Shown piece after piece: positions 28,074-37,209 of a stretch of 64,000 bases of DNA (within the stretch, counting starts at the first letter, position 1; the number at the start of each line of letters is the position of its first letter). A program made the position numbers and the translations under genes. This DNA comes from Candidatus Adlerbacteria bacterium (GTDB taxonomy: Bacteria; Patescibacteriota; Minisyncoccia; Phycocordibacterales; SBAW01), in NCBI GenBank assembly GCA_003135635.1, contig PLCJ01000001.1:8836-72835 (forward strand), in the 5' to 3' direction. Below the pieces are notes generated by a model that worked only from the letters and a program-made list of their open reading frames with translations, was not told the DNA's origin and ran no database searches.

Positions 28074-29990
28074 TTACACAAGCGGCTGATGTTCGATATC
28101 TTCTTTTTTCTTGGGAGTGATGCCGTGAATGATAAGAATTTTTTCGAATTCTTCGCGCTCGAGCGTCTCTACTTCAACAAGTCGCTTGGCGATGGCGTTG
28201 AGTGCCGCACGATGATGGGTGATAATATGTTCTGCTTTTTTATACGCCTCATCGATGATACGGCGCACTTCAGTATCAATTTCTGCAGATATTTTTTCAG
28301 AATGTTCCTTTCCTTCGATACCTCCGCCAAAAAGAGCTCGTCCTCCGTCGCCGGCGAGCGCTATCGTGCCCATTTTCTCACTCATCCCATAGCGGGTCAC
28401 CATATCCCGCGCCAGGGCGGTCAGTATTTGCAGATCATTGGAAGGACCAGTAGTAATATCGCCAAAGACTGTTTTTTCAGCGACGTACCCACCAAGAGAC
28501 ATCGCAATATCATCGAGAAATTCCCGCTTGCTCTGCATTCTTTTGTCTTCAAAGGGAAGCTTCAAGGTATATCCGCCCGTGCGGCCGCGGCTGATGATTG
28601 ATATCTTGTGGACCGGATCGGCATAAGGCAATACCGAAGCCACCAGCGCGTGACCCGCTTCGTGATAGGCGGTAATTTCCTTTTCTTTTTTGTTGAGTAC
28701 GTGGCTTCGTTCGGGACCGAGCATAACCTTTTCGATAGAGCGGATGAGATCGTATTGGGCAATAGTTTTACGGTTTTCCCGTGCGGCTAAAATTGCGGCT
28801 TCGTTCATAAGAGAGGAAAGATCGGCGCCGGAGAAGCCCGGGGTGCGCTCAGCAACAACTGTTAAATTAACATCCTCAGCAAACGGCTTTTTGCGGGAAT
28901 GGATGTTGAGTATATCGAGGCGATCTCTGCGATCAGGCAGATCAATAACCACCCGGCGGTCAAACCGACCCGTGCGTAAAAGTGCGGGATCAAGCACATC
29001 CGGGCGATTAGTCGCTGCCATGACAATGACCTTCTCGTTCGGTTCAAAGCCGTCCATTTCAACAAGAATCTGATTGAGCGTTTGCTCGCGCTCGTCGTTG
29101 CCCCCACCCACTCCCGTGCCGCGTACCCGGCCGACCGCGTCGATTTCATCGACAAAAATAATAGATGGAGCAGCTTTTTTTGCAGTCAAAAAAAGATCGC
29201 GCACCCGGCTTGCACCAACACCCACAAACATCTCCACAAACTCTGAGCCGGAGATGGAGAAAAACGGCACTCCTGCTTCACCGGCAACTGCACGCGCCAA
29301 AAGGGTCTTACCGGTGCCCGGCGCACCCATAAGAAGAATCCCCTTGGGAATGCGCGCTCCGATATCAAGGAATTTTTTCGGATTGCGCAGAAAATCAACC
29401 ACTTCAATCAGTTCTTCTTTTGCTTCCCGCGCACCTGCGACATCTTTAAACGTCACTCGCTGCGATTGGTCATTGGGATCAGTAACCCGCGGGCGGGATT
29501 GGCCGAAAGAGAATACCTGCATACCCGCGCCGCGCATCTGCCTGGAGAGATACCATACGAATACTACAATGAGAAGAATCGGCGCAAGAAAAGGAGCAAG
29601 GCCCGTGAGCCAAAGCTCCCAGGTACTTTCAGACTTTATTGTGAGCATCACTTTACTGAGCGCATCTTTAGACACCCCATAGTTGGCAAGTGTTTGGGAT
29701 AGAGCGGTGCCGGGTTCTTTTTTTGAGAGCTTCTCAGATTTGTCGGTGTATATAACATCGAGATCATCCCCGTTTACCGTTATCGAGGATACCGTACCGG
29801 CGCCAATGTCCGTGGCAAGTTGGGAAATGGGAATAGTTGGTGGTTGCGGCTTTACACTCCCTGTCACGTACGCATAGGCAGTTGCAAGCAGCGCGAGCAC
29901 CAGGATACTTGCGGCGAGGTTAAATAAAAAGCCATTCCGCCGCGGAGCGGGAGGAGGAGAGACCTTTTTTGGCTTTTTGGAGTCCGGCAT
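28074..29990 (-). CDS. ftsH: ATP-dependent zinc metalloprotease FtsH
   Basis: Two TMs, [22 protein letters not shown]. Confidence 0.97.
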   Translation of the reverse strand: MPDSKKPKKVSPPPAPRRNGFLFNLAASILVLALLATAYAYVTGSVKPQPPTIPISQLATDIGAGTVSSITVNGDDLDVIYTDKSEKLSKKEPGTALSQTLANYGVSKDALSKVMLTIKSESTWELWLTGLAPFLAPILLIVVFVWYLSRQMRGAGMQVFSFGQSRPRVTDPNDQSQRVTFKDVAGAREAKEELIEVVDFLRNPKKFLDIGARIPKGILLMGAPGTGKTLLARAVAGEAGVPFFSISGSEFVEMFVGVGASRVRDLFLTAKKAAPSIIFVDEIDAVGRVRGTGVGGGNDEREQTLNQILVEMDGFEPNEKVIVMAATNRPDVLDPALLRTGRFDRRVVIDLPDRRDRLDILNIHSRKKPFAEDVNLTVVAERTPGFSGADLSSLMNEAAILAARENRKTIAQYDLIRSIEKVMLGPERSHVLNKKEKEITAYHEAGHALVASVLPYADPVHKISIISRGRTGGYTLKLPFEDKRMQSKREFLDDIAMSLGGYVAEKTVFGDITTGPSNDLQILTALARDMVTRYGMSEKMGTIALAGDGGRALFGGGIEGKEHSEKISAEIDTEVRRIIDEAYKKAEHIITHHRAALNAIAKRLVEVETLEREEFEKILIIHGITPKKKEDIEHQPLV

Positions 29991-30040
29991 CGCGGGGCAG
30001 TATATCATTTTTATGTTCTGGGTGCTACACTTTTTTCAAA

Positions 30041-30484
30041 ATGACCATCTTGGAGCATAAAAAAGCACGACTCAATTTTGAGCTGCTTGAAGAATTTGAA
30101 GCGGGTATCGAACTATTCGGGTTTGAGGTCAAAGCGTTGCGCGCAAAGCTCGGCAAACTCGATGGGTCGCATGTGATCGTGCGGGGCAAAGAGGGTTACA
30201 TAGTTGGTATGCATATCCCTCCCTACCAGCCCAAAAATACGCCAAAAGAATATGATCCCGATAGAATACGTAAATTACTTCTCACAAAAAAAGAATTAGC
30301 AGTCCTTGCTGGTTTGGAGTCGCAAAAGGGCTTGACAATAGTGCCTATTTCGGTATATACTAAAAACAGGAAATTGAAACTGCGTATCGCAGCTGCGCGC
30401 GGGAGAAAAAGATACGATAAGCGCGAAGTGCTTAAGGCACGCGATGCGAAACGAGAGATGGATCGATCATTGAAAAATCAATAA
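30041..30484 (+). CDS. smpB: SsrA-binding protein
   Basis: EAGIELFGFEVKALR, RKLLL, YDKRE. Confidence 0.95.
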   Translation: MTILEHKKARLNFELLEEFEAGIELFGFEVKALRAKLGKLDGSHVIVRGKEGYIVGMHIPPYQPKNTPKEYDPDRIRKLLLTKKELAVLAGLESQKGLTIVPISVYTKNRKLKLRIAAARGRKRYDKREVLKARDAKREMDRSLKNQ

Positions 30485-30538
30485 TCATTGGAAAGACAGT
30501 TCACTGCGAATATTGCAGGTTAGCGTCGTGCGCTCTTC

Positions 30539-30915
30539 GGGGATGCATTGTCTAGACAATAGAATCATGTGGTCGGCAGTGCGAAGTAGAAGTCCGGAAC
30601 TTCTCTAACACTCCGGAAAACTATAACTGCCAAATCAGTTAGTTCGCCGTATTTCTCGGCGAATAATTTCGCGTTCGCCTACGCTAAGGCCTAACGCGAC
30701 ACTCGCTGCACAACGCTCGTACGTGCAGGCTTGGGTGTCATAATATCGAGCTGCATTGATAAGAGCGCTTTCTCTTATTAATAAAGATTTAGAGCTTAGA
30801 TACAAAATGGTTTTGTCTGTTTTTTACATTTTGTATCGAAACTATAAATAGACTACGCTTTGTAGAAACACCACCACTTCTCTGTTGCACGCGAGCTCAC
30901 TACTCGCCATCTCCA
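30539..30915 (+). ncRNA. ssrA: tmRNA
   Basis: GGGGATG/CATCTCC-A acceptor stem with G3.U70; ATAACT-GCC resume context; tag ORF at 30629-30694; directly downstream of smpB. Confidence 0.92.
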
Positions 30916-30944
30916 CAAATAAAGTTGGAATCACTTGTTTGTGC

Positions 30945-30972
30945 TTGACAAGTTTGTATTATATGCTATGAT
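30945..30972 (+). promoter_or_regulatory. sigma70 promoter
   Basis: TTGACA-16-TATGAT with extended TG. Confidence 0.7.
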
Positions 30973-31000
30973 AGCACACGCTAACATTAATTAAACAGCC

Positions 31001-31525
31001 ATGAACAAATTTCGTCATATTTCACAAGCATTTTATGGCATTGCCATTTTGGCAACAATTGTGATAGTTCCACACATGTTGTCCGTACCAGTTGCACATG
31101 CTTATGGAAGCGTTAACTCAACGGCTCCATATCTTTGCTGGAATAATTCTTCCTACTGTTCCCCAGTTGTTATTGATACAACTGGACAGTATGTCACACC
31201 TATTAACGTCGCCGGAACGTGGTCTGCTAATGAAGTTCCTGCAACTTATAATGACGTACCTGTGACAATAAACCTTCCGTCCTCGACTGTTACACCTGTT
31301 GGTGAGAGCCCGATCATTATTCCTCCCACCACCTGTGGGACTTATAATTGCATTCCTTCTCATCAAAATTGTATACGTGGCGTTGACTACATCAATGGCT
31401 GCATTAACTATTGCGGAATCGATAATTGTATTCCTCACAATTATAACTACTGTCTCGCGAGCATTGACGGTTGTGTATGGAATAATCCTTGGAACAATTC
31501 GTGGGTGAACAACTATAACTACTAG
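31001..31525 (+). CDS. secreted Cys/Asn/Trp-rich hypothetical protein
   Basis: Signal peptide ending AHA; repeated CxxxNCIP units; own promoter and terminator. Confidence 0.7.
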   Translation: MNKFRHISQAFYGIAILATIVIVPHMLSVPVAHAYGSVNSTAPYLCWNNSSYCSPVVIDTTGQYVTPINVAGTWSANEVPATYNDVPVTINLPSSTVTPVGESPIIIPPTTCGTYNCIPSHQNCIRGVDYINGCINYCGIDNCIPHNYNYCLASIDGCVWNNPWNNSWVNNYNY

Positions 31526-31549
31526 AATTATTATCCTTTTACTGTTAGT

Positions 31550-31580
31550 CAAAACTGCCCCTAGGGGTAGTTTTGATTTA
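31550..31580 (+). terminator. intrinsic terminator
   Basis: caaaactgccc-cta-ggggtagttttg hairpin. Confidence 0.65.
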
Positions 31581-31705
31581 CAAACGATATATATTCATCG
31601 CACTAGTCACTAAGACAGGTTCTAACTTGGTCAACTCATCTCCACAGATAAAATAGCCTTATTTTATAAGGCTCTATAGAGTCAGATCCTTCGTGCACAC
31701 TACAC

Positions 31706-31733
31706 TTGACAAGTAAGCATTATACGATACAAT
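31706..31733 (+). promoter_or_regulatory. sigma70 promoter
   Basis: TTGACA-16-TACAAT. Confidence 0.7.
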
Positions 31734-31761
31734 ATAAACCTCAATCTTGGCTTAGAGCTTT

Positions 31762-33471
31762 ATGAATTCTCGCTATATTTCCAAACTATTTTACGGAGTC
31801 ACAGTTCTTTGCGTAGTTGTCTTTTCTGTCTCGGTAGCAAGCAGCGTACAGGCGCAGCAACTGCCTATATCGGGCACGCTTACCTGCACCTCTCTTTCTT
31901 ATAACCTCCGGGAAGGATCTACTGATGCATATACGGGCGGAGAGGTAAGTAGATTACAGACCTTTTTGAATCAGGAAAACTATTTTCCCTATGCGGCAGT
32001 AGGTATCTTTGGTCCAGTAACGTATACATCCGTACGAAATTTTCAAGCGGCCCACGGCATATCTAGTACAGGATACGTTGGACCGATAACGAGAGCCGCG
32101 ATTCAACAAATGTCTTGCGGGGGCGCTACGAATATTCCAACGTCAGGTCTTTCACTCCAGTCGTTATCGCCTAATTTAGTAGCGATAGGAAATACGGTAA
32201 CGCTATATGGTACAGGATTTACTTCTGACAATACCATTCTCCTTGCGAGCGGGGCGATTGCTCACGTAGCTTCATATAATGGGACTTCTCTTTCCTTTAC
32301 TGTGCCAAGCACCATCGGGCCAGATTGCTCGGGAACCACTCTGTGTCCAGATTGGATAAGACAGCTTACTCCCGGCACATATAACGTATCTATTGAAAAT
32401 ACATACGGCACTAGCAACACACTGACGTTAACAATTACAGCAAACGGAATAATTCAAGGGGGATATCAATCTCCTGTCATCTCTAGTATCAGCGCTCCTA
32501 CACAATTAACTGTAGGTCAAACAGGAACGTGGACTGTCTATGCCACTAGTCAAACGCAAAATGGGCAGCAACTGAACTATGCAGTTAATTGGGGTGATGG
32601 ATCAAATAATCCATACTCTCAAAACTTCTCTGCTTCAACGGTGTCTTCTGGAACATTTACCCATGCGTATAGTAGTCCAGGCACCTATACTTCCACTTTT
32701 ACAGTCACGGATAGCAATGGTCAATCAAACTCAGCAAGTGCTTCAGTCATAGTGAGTGGACAGCAAAACCAAACTTCAAGCCTGTACATTCAATCACTCT
32801 CACCTTCTTCAGGAGTTGTTGGAACTACGGTGACTATATATGGCTCTGGTTTTACCTCTAATGACACGGTCAACTTCCAAGGCCAAGGAAACGCTTACGT
32901 GAGTTCTGTATCTAGTAATGGGACTTCTCTTTCCTTTACTGTGCCAAGCACATTGACTCAAACTGGATCGGTGACCGGAACTGGATACTGTGCGGTTTCT
33001 TGGACCTGTTCCTATCCTCCTACGAGTCCAGGAATATATAACGTCTCAGTCACAAATGGAAATGTTACCAGCAATGCGCTCCCTTTCACTGTTACCACTG
33101 GCAGTACTAGTAATATTTCTGCCACTCCTTCCATCCAATCACTTTCACCAATATCAGGAATAGTAGGAACAATCGTGACAATATATGGATCAGGATTTAC
33201 TTCTAATGATGTTATAGATTTTGGTACCACTGTATTTTCAGCAGACGTCCTCAATCCCATATCTATATCTAACGATGGAACGAGCATCTCTTTCACTATC
33301 CCGAGTACATGGTCGTCGGGGTTTCTCTGCCCCACAGATATTGTGTGCTCTCCAGTTTTTATAGTTCCAGGAACTTACGGTGTATGGGTTGCCAATATTA
33401 GTACAAACAAGATAAGTAACGCTCTTAGCTTCACCGTCATCAGCTCGGGACAAACGAGAACTCTTCAATAA
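31762..33471 (+). CDS. surface protein: peptidoglycan-binding domain, three IPT/TIG domains and a PKD domain
   Basis: EVSRLQTFL...GIFGPVT...GYVGPITR; three SLSP..VTIYGxGF repeats; VNWGDG...THAYSSPGTY. Confidence 0.85.
   Translation: MNSRYISKLFYGVTVLCVVVFSVSVASSVQAQQLPISGTLTCTSLSYNLREGSTDAYTGGEVSRLQTFLNQENYFPYAAVGIFGPVTYTSVRNFQAAHGISSTGYVGPITRAAIQQMSCGGATNIPTSGLSLQSLSPNLVAIGNTVTLYGTGFTSDNTILLASGAIAHVASYNGTSLSFTVPSTIGPDCSGTTLCPDWIRQLTPGTYNVSIENTYGTSNTLTLTITANGIIQGGYQSPVISSISAPTQLTVGQTGTWTVYATSQTQNGQQLNYAVNWGDGSNNPYSQNFSASTVSSGTFTHAYSSPGTYTSTFTVTDSNGQSNSASASVIVSGQQNQTSSLYIQSLSPSSGVVGTTVTIYGSGFTSNDTVNFQGQGNAYVSSVSSNGTSLSFTVPSTLTQTGSVTGTGYCAVSWTCSYPPTSPGIYNVSVTNGNVTSNALPFTVTTGSTSNISATPSIQSLSPISGIVGTIVTIYGSGFTSNDVIDFGTTVFSADVLNPISISNDGTSISFTIPSTWSSGFLCPTDIVCSPVFIVPGTYGVWVANISTNKISNALSFTVISSGQTRTLQ
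32277..32951 (+). repeat. 36-bp perfect direct repeat between IPT domains 1 and 2
   Basis: taatgggacttctctttcctttactgtgccaagcac at 32277-32312 and 32916-32951. Confidence 0.9.
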
Positions 33472-33571
33472 GAAGCTTCTTTTCGACTTCGTAGAGGCAG
33501 CCTTATTTTCACTATTTCTATAGTGAGTATAGGAGTAGTGAAAGAATATTTATTGGTTGTATAATTGAGCT

Positions 33572-33952
33572 ATGAATAAAACTTCTTTTCTCATTTTGAG
33601 AGTGGGGCTGGCTATTACTTTTATTTGGGTGAGTGTATTGATTTTTAGGCAACCAGAAACTTGGGGAAGTCTTATACAACCTTGGGCACTTAAACTGCTG
33701 CCCATTCCGCTTGTACAGATAATGATGGGAACTGCACTATTGGATATGGTCATCGGTATATTATTTTTCTTTGGTCGAACTGCGTGGATTGCAGGCCTGC
33801 TGGGATTCCTGCACCTTGTGACCGTCCTTGTAGCAACTGGAATCAACGACATAACCGTTCGAGACATCGGACTTCTTGCCGCTTCCCTTGCCGTTATGAT
33901 TACCTCACTGCCTCCATCTGTGAGAAACTTATTTGCTAAAACAAGAATATAG
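33572..33952 (+). CDS. DoxX family membrane protein
   Basis: LRVGLAITFIW...RDIGLL. Confidence 0.75.
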   Translation: MNKTSFLILRVGLAITFIWVSVLIFRQPETWGSLIQPWALKLLPIPLVQIMMGTALLDMVIGILFFFGRTAWIAGLLGFLHLVTVLVATGINDITVRDIGLLAASLAVMITSLPPSVRNLFAKTRI

Positions 33953-34032
33953 ACACCCACCTCTGAGGGGCTGTGGATGTCTGTATGTGTTAAAATATTC
34001 CTTAATTATATATTAGCCAATAAATAACTCGT

Positions 34033-34341
34033 ATGATTTTTTTCCTTATCCTTGGCATTATTCTCGGTGCAATTTCAGTAGTTTTTCTCTTGCAGAATAT
34101 CACTGTGGTTACGGTGGCATTCTTAACCTGGCAGATTCAAGGTTCACTAGCTGTGGTATTATTTCTCGCTATTTTGTGTGGGGCGATAATGGCTTTGTTG
34201 TTTTTGCTCCCCAGCTTTATTAGCGATGCTTTGTATCTCTCTGCAATAAAAAAGCGGAAAAAGGAACTTGAAGATGAGCTTGCGGATACTAAGCATGCTT
34301 TAGAAAATGCAACCTCTCACACCGAGACTTCTATCCTCTAG
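34033..34341 (+). CDS. LapA/DUF1049 family membrane protein
   Basis: FLLQN..VTVAFLTW...SLAVVL followed by a coiled coil. Confidence 0.75.
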   Translation: MIFFLILGIILGAISVVFLLQNITVVTVAFLTWQIQGSLAVVLFLAILCGAIMALLFLLPSFISDALYLSAIKKRKKELEDELADTKHALENATSHTETSIL

Positions 34342-34389
34342 TACAAGGCTATCTCCCACTACAAAAGGACGAATACCGTAAGGAGTAAG

Positions 34390-34917
34390 CTATCGTATAC
34401 CAGTATCGATACTGATAGCGACTGTTGAAACTTGTCCCGTAGTAATAATAAGAGTTGTTGGTACCCCTCGCACGCCACCAATCGATTGGTGTTGTATGTC
34501 AATAAAATATGTACCTGTAGGAAGAGTTGCGGAAAAATTACCGTTTGCATCAGGAATGAGCGTCGTGATGAGCTTCGACCTGTCAGAAGAGTAGACAAAG
34601 ACCGTGTGTGCGGCATACATCTGAGGTGTTGGGTTACACGGATGACCAACTTGCTCAACAGGACAAATTGGTCCGATGGTCATAGTTCCTTGAAGAACAC
34701 CGTTTCCTTTTTCTTGCAGTGGTGGGGGGCAAGCTGCAAATGCACAGTCTGGACCTGTTCGACCGACATAGCTTCCATCAGGACACTGCTTTGCTTCCTG
34801 AGTACACGCAACTGGATGTGGGGAATTATTGAAAAAATAAACTGTCCATAAAACGCCGCCAATTATTAAGATAATTGCGAGAAGCAAAATAGCATGCCAC
34901 TTCCCCATCCAAGCCAT
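34390..34917 (-). CDS. membrane-anchored protein with a Cys motif and a carboxypeptidase-regulatory-like beta domain
   Basis: TM; CTQEAKQCPDGSYVGRTGPDCAFAAC; IGPICPVE; DANGNFSATLPTGTY; DTGIR. Confidence 0.7.
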   Translation of the reverse strand: MAWMGKWHAILLLAIILIIGGVLWTVYFFNNSPHPVACTQEAKQCPDGSYVGRTGPDCAFAACPPPLQEKGNGVLQGTMTIGPICPVEQVGHPCNPTPQMYAAHTVFVYSSDRSKLITTLIPDANGNFSATLPTGTYFIDIQHQSIGGVRGVPTTLIITTGQVSTVAISIDTGIR

Positions 34918-35027
34918 ATGGTTTTAATGGTATCACTTGTTTTTAGCTCTTGGAGTAGATTCGAGCATCGCTCAAGACAAAGAGTAAGTGAGATCTCATC
35001 TTGAAGTATTCCGCATTGAGTCGTTCA

Positions 35028-35336
35028 TTACACTCTATCCATAGAACTGAAAATGAATGAGAAAAGCTGAATGATAAGCCAGCCCAAAATGGCGTAGCAG
35101 ATCATGGCCAAAACGATTGAGAGGTTAATCACTGAGTTGCCTCCGATGAATAGCCCCGGGAAGGCTCCTACAAAGGGACCTGCGAGTCTATCGGTGACTT
35201 CATAGAGCCATGCGATGAATTGTGCTGCTGGACTTGCACCGAACAATTGCAATGCCAGCCGCAGAGCGAAGAGAGCTTCAATGATTCCGATAATTGTGTT
35301 GACCAGTCGCATTATAAAAGTTGCCATGATAATCAT
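35028..35336 (-). CDS. YggT-like membrane protein
   Basis: LRLALQLFGA...WLYEVTDRLAGPF. Confidence 0.75.
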   Translation of the reverse strand: MIIMATFIMRLVNTIIGIIEALFALRLALQLFGASPAAQFIAWLYEVTDRLAGPFVGAFPGLFIGGNSVINLSIVLAMICYAILGWLIIQLFSFIFSSMDRV

Positions 35337-35495
35337 TATACTCCAGATACTATTTAGTAGCCTAGGTTAATACTTCTACTTCCTGAACCTTAAACTTGAG
35401 AGAAATTTGTTCTACTTTGCACACTAGCGTTCGTACTGGATGAGAATAGTTGCCTCTTATATTTTTCTTTGATATAGTCTCTCACATCAGCTACT

Positions 35496-36011
35496 ATTTT
35501 GGATACTCGAATTAATCACCAGATCCGTGCGAAAGAAGTGCGTGTCATCGGTCCTGAAGGAGAGAACTTCGGGGTGCTGGCGCTGAGCGAAGCCTTGGGA
35601 CAAGCAGAGAGTTTTGGACTTGACCTTATTGAAATTTCTCCAAACGCCAACCCTCCCGTTGCAAAAATAATGGAGTATGGTAAATTCCATTACGAACAGG
35701 AGAAAAAACGCCGAGAGATGAAGGCGAAATCCCATGCCACCGAGACCAAAAATGTACAGGTCAAAATCGGCACGGGTGATCATGACTTAACACTCAAGGC
35801 AAAAAAAGCTGCCGATTGGCTTAATGAAGGCCACCGTGTCAAAGTGAATCTTTTTCTCTGGGGTCGGTACAAGTACATGGAATTTGATTTCCTAAAAGGA
35901 CGGCTAGAGCGATTTTTGAAACTGATTCCGTATGAATATAAGTTGGGAGAGCCGATAGCAAAAAGCCCGAAGGGGCTCTCTGCCGTCATAGAAAGAGACA
36001 CTAAAAAGTAA
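35496..36011 (+). CDS. infC: translation initiation factor IF-3
   Basis: RINHQIRAKEVRVI, DLIEISPNANPPVAK; no ATG, in-frame ATT at 35496 then TTG at 35499. Confidence 0.95.
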   Translation: MLDTRINHQIRAKEVRVIGPEGENFGVLALSEALGQAESFGLDLIEISPNANPPVAKIMEYGKFHYEQEKKRREMKAKSHATETKNVQVKIGTGDHDLTLKAKKAADWLNEGHRVKVNLFLWGRYKYMEFDFLKGRLERFLKLIPYEYKLGEPIAKSPKGLSAVIERDTKK

Positions 36012-36013
36012 TT

Positions 36014-36202
36014 ATGAAAACGACTAAAGCATTTACCAAACGCCTCAAGCTCACGCGCCGGGGCAAAATCGTAGCGCGCAAGCCTGGTCAAAATCATTTC
36101 AACGCAAAGGAAAGCCGTTCTGGCCACATGAACCGCCGACGTACGCAAAATATTTCATTAACCAAGAAAGTGATGCAGCGATACATCGACATCGTTAAAT
36201 AA
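36014..36202 (+). CDS. rpmI: 50S ribosomal protein L35
   Basis: MKTTKAFTKRLKLTRRGK; position in the infC operon. Confidence 0.92.
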   Translation: MKTTKAFTKRLKLTRRGKIVARKPGQNHFNAKESRSGHMNRRRTQNISLTKKVMQRYIDIVK

Positions 36203-36207
36203 AAAAT

Positions 36208-36558
36208 ATGGCACGCGTAAAAGGAGGAAAAACATCAAGTAAACGACGCCGCAACGTGCTTCGTATGGTGAAGGGATACCGCTTTGCCCGCAGTAAAAAG
36301 GAACGCGCGGCGCGAGAAGCGATCTTTCATGCGGGCAAATACGCCTTCGCCCACCGTAGAGACAAGAAAAATGATTTTCGCAAACTCTGGAACGTGCGCA
36401 TCAACGGTGGCCTTGACGCCATGAATACAAAACTTTCCTATAGTAAACTCATCAATGCCCTGAAGGTAAAAAAGGTATTGGTAAACCGCAAGATGCTCGC
36501 GGAGCTTGCCGAGAAGCGGCCGGAGAGCTTTATGCGGATCATTAAACAGGTTTCCTGA
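36208..36558 (+). CDS. rplT: 50S ribosomal protein L20
   Basis: MARVKGG, FRKLWNVRIN, NRKMLAELA. Confidence 0.96.
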   Translation: MARVKGGKTSSKRRRNVLRMVKGYRFARSKKERAAREAIFHAGKYAFAHRRDKKNDFRKLWNVRINGGLDAMNTKLSYSKLINALKVKKVLVNRKMLAELAEKRPESFMRIIKQVS

Positions 36559-37192
36559 AAGCCTGATCCGGGGCTTTTTCGTATGGGGCAGGCGCCTCTG
36601 CTGATTGTTCAAAACGAAATGAGGCGCGATTAATTCTGTCTTTATTAACAAGCTCCACGACGCGTTCAACAAGTGCCTTGGGGTCGGTATCAAACACGAT
36701 ACAATCGTTCGGACGATGTCCGTTTCGCAAGATATCTTTAATAACCTCATCCGTTTCCCAGCCTGCTTCATATACACCGATGGGTTTTTGATCTTCAAAC
36801 GCAACCGTAAACTCATGTATTGTGCCGATACGCCCACATCCAAAAAAAAGAGCGTCACACGAACGGGTAAAGACAAGATCTCGGCCAGGATACCCAAAAC
36901 CGGTGTATACAATGACATCCAGATACTCAATAGGAAGGTTATAAGTTTCAATGTGTTCCTTCTCCGAGCTTGCGGGAGAAAAGCCCAACGTAAATCCTCC
37001 AGCCTCTTTTGCTCCCATAGCCGCCCATAGCGGAAATCCCGTGGTAGCCCCGTTTATAAGAATGGCTTTGTGGGAAGCAATTATTTTGCCGAGCTCTATT
37101 CCTTTGTCGTATGCATCGGCGCCACAATGGCCGGTTTCTGCCGCCCCTGAGACACCAAATTTCATCTGGAGGTATTGCTGACTTGTATTCAT
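36542..37192 (-). CDS. LOG/SLOG family nucleotide-binding protein
   Basis: NGATTG, GAKEAGG, GRIGTIHEF. Confidence 0.8.
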   Translation of the reverse strand: MNTSQQYLQMKFGVSGAAETGHCGADAYDKGIELGKIIASHKAILINGATTGFPLWAAMGAKEAGGFTLGFSPASSEKEHIETYNLPIEYLDVIVYTGFGYPGRDLVFTRSCDALFFGCGRIGTIHEFTVAFEDQKPIGVYEAGWETDEVIKDILRNGHRPNDCIVFDTDPKALVERVVELVNKDRINRASFRFEQSAEAPAPYEKAPDQAFRKPV

Positions 37193-37209
37193 ACTGCTTC
37201 TTAAGTCTA

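Noticed and set aside
29074-29682. 202-aa plus-strand ORF
   Set aside because: Antisense shadow of ftsH.
36235-36951. 238-aa minus-strand ORF
   Set aside because: It overlaps the LOG-family gene in another frame and rplT antisense, with no motif support.
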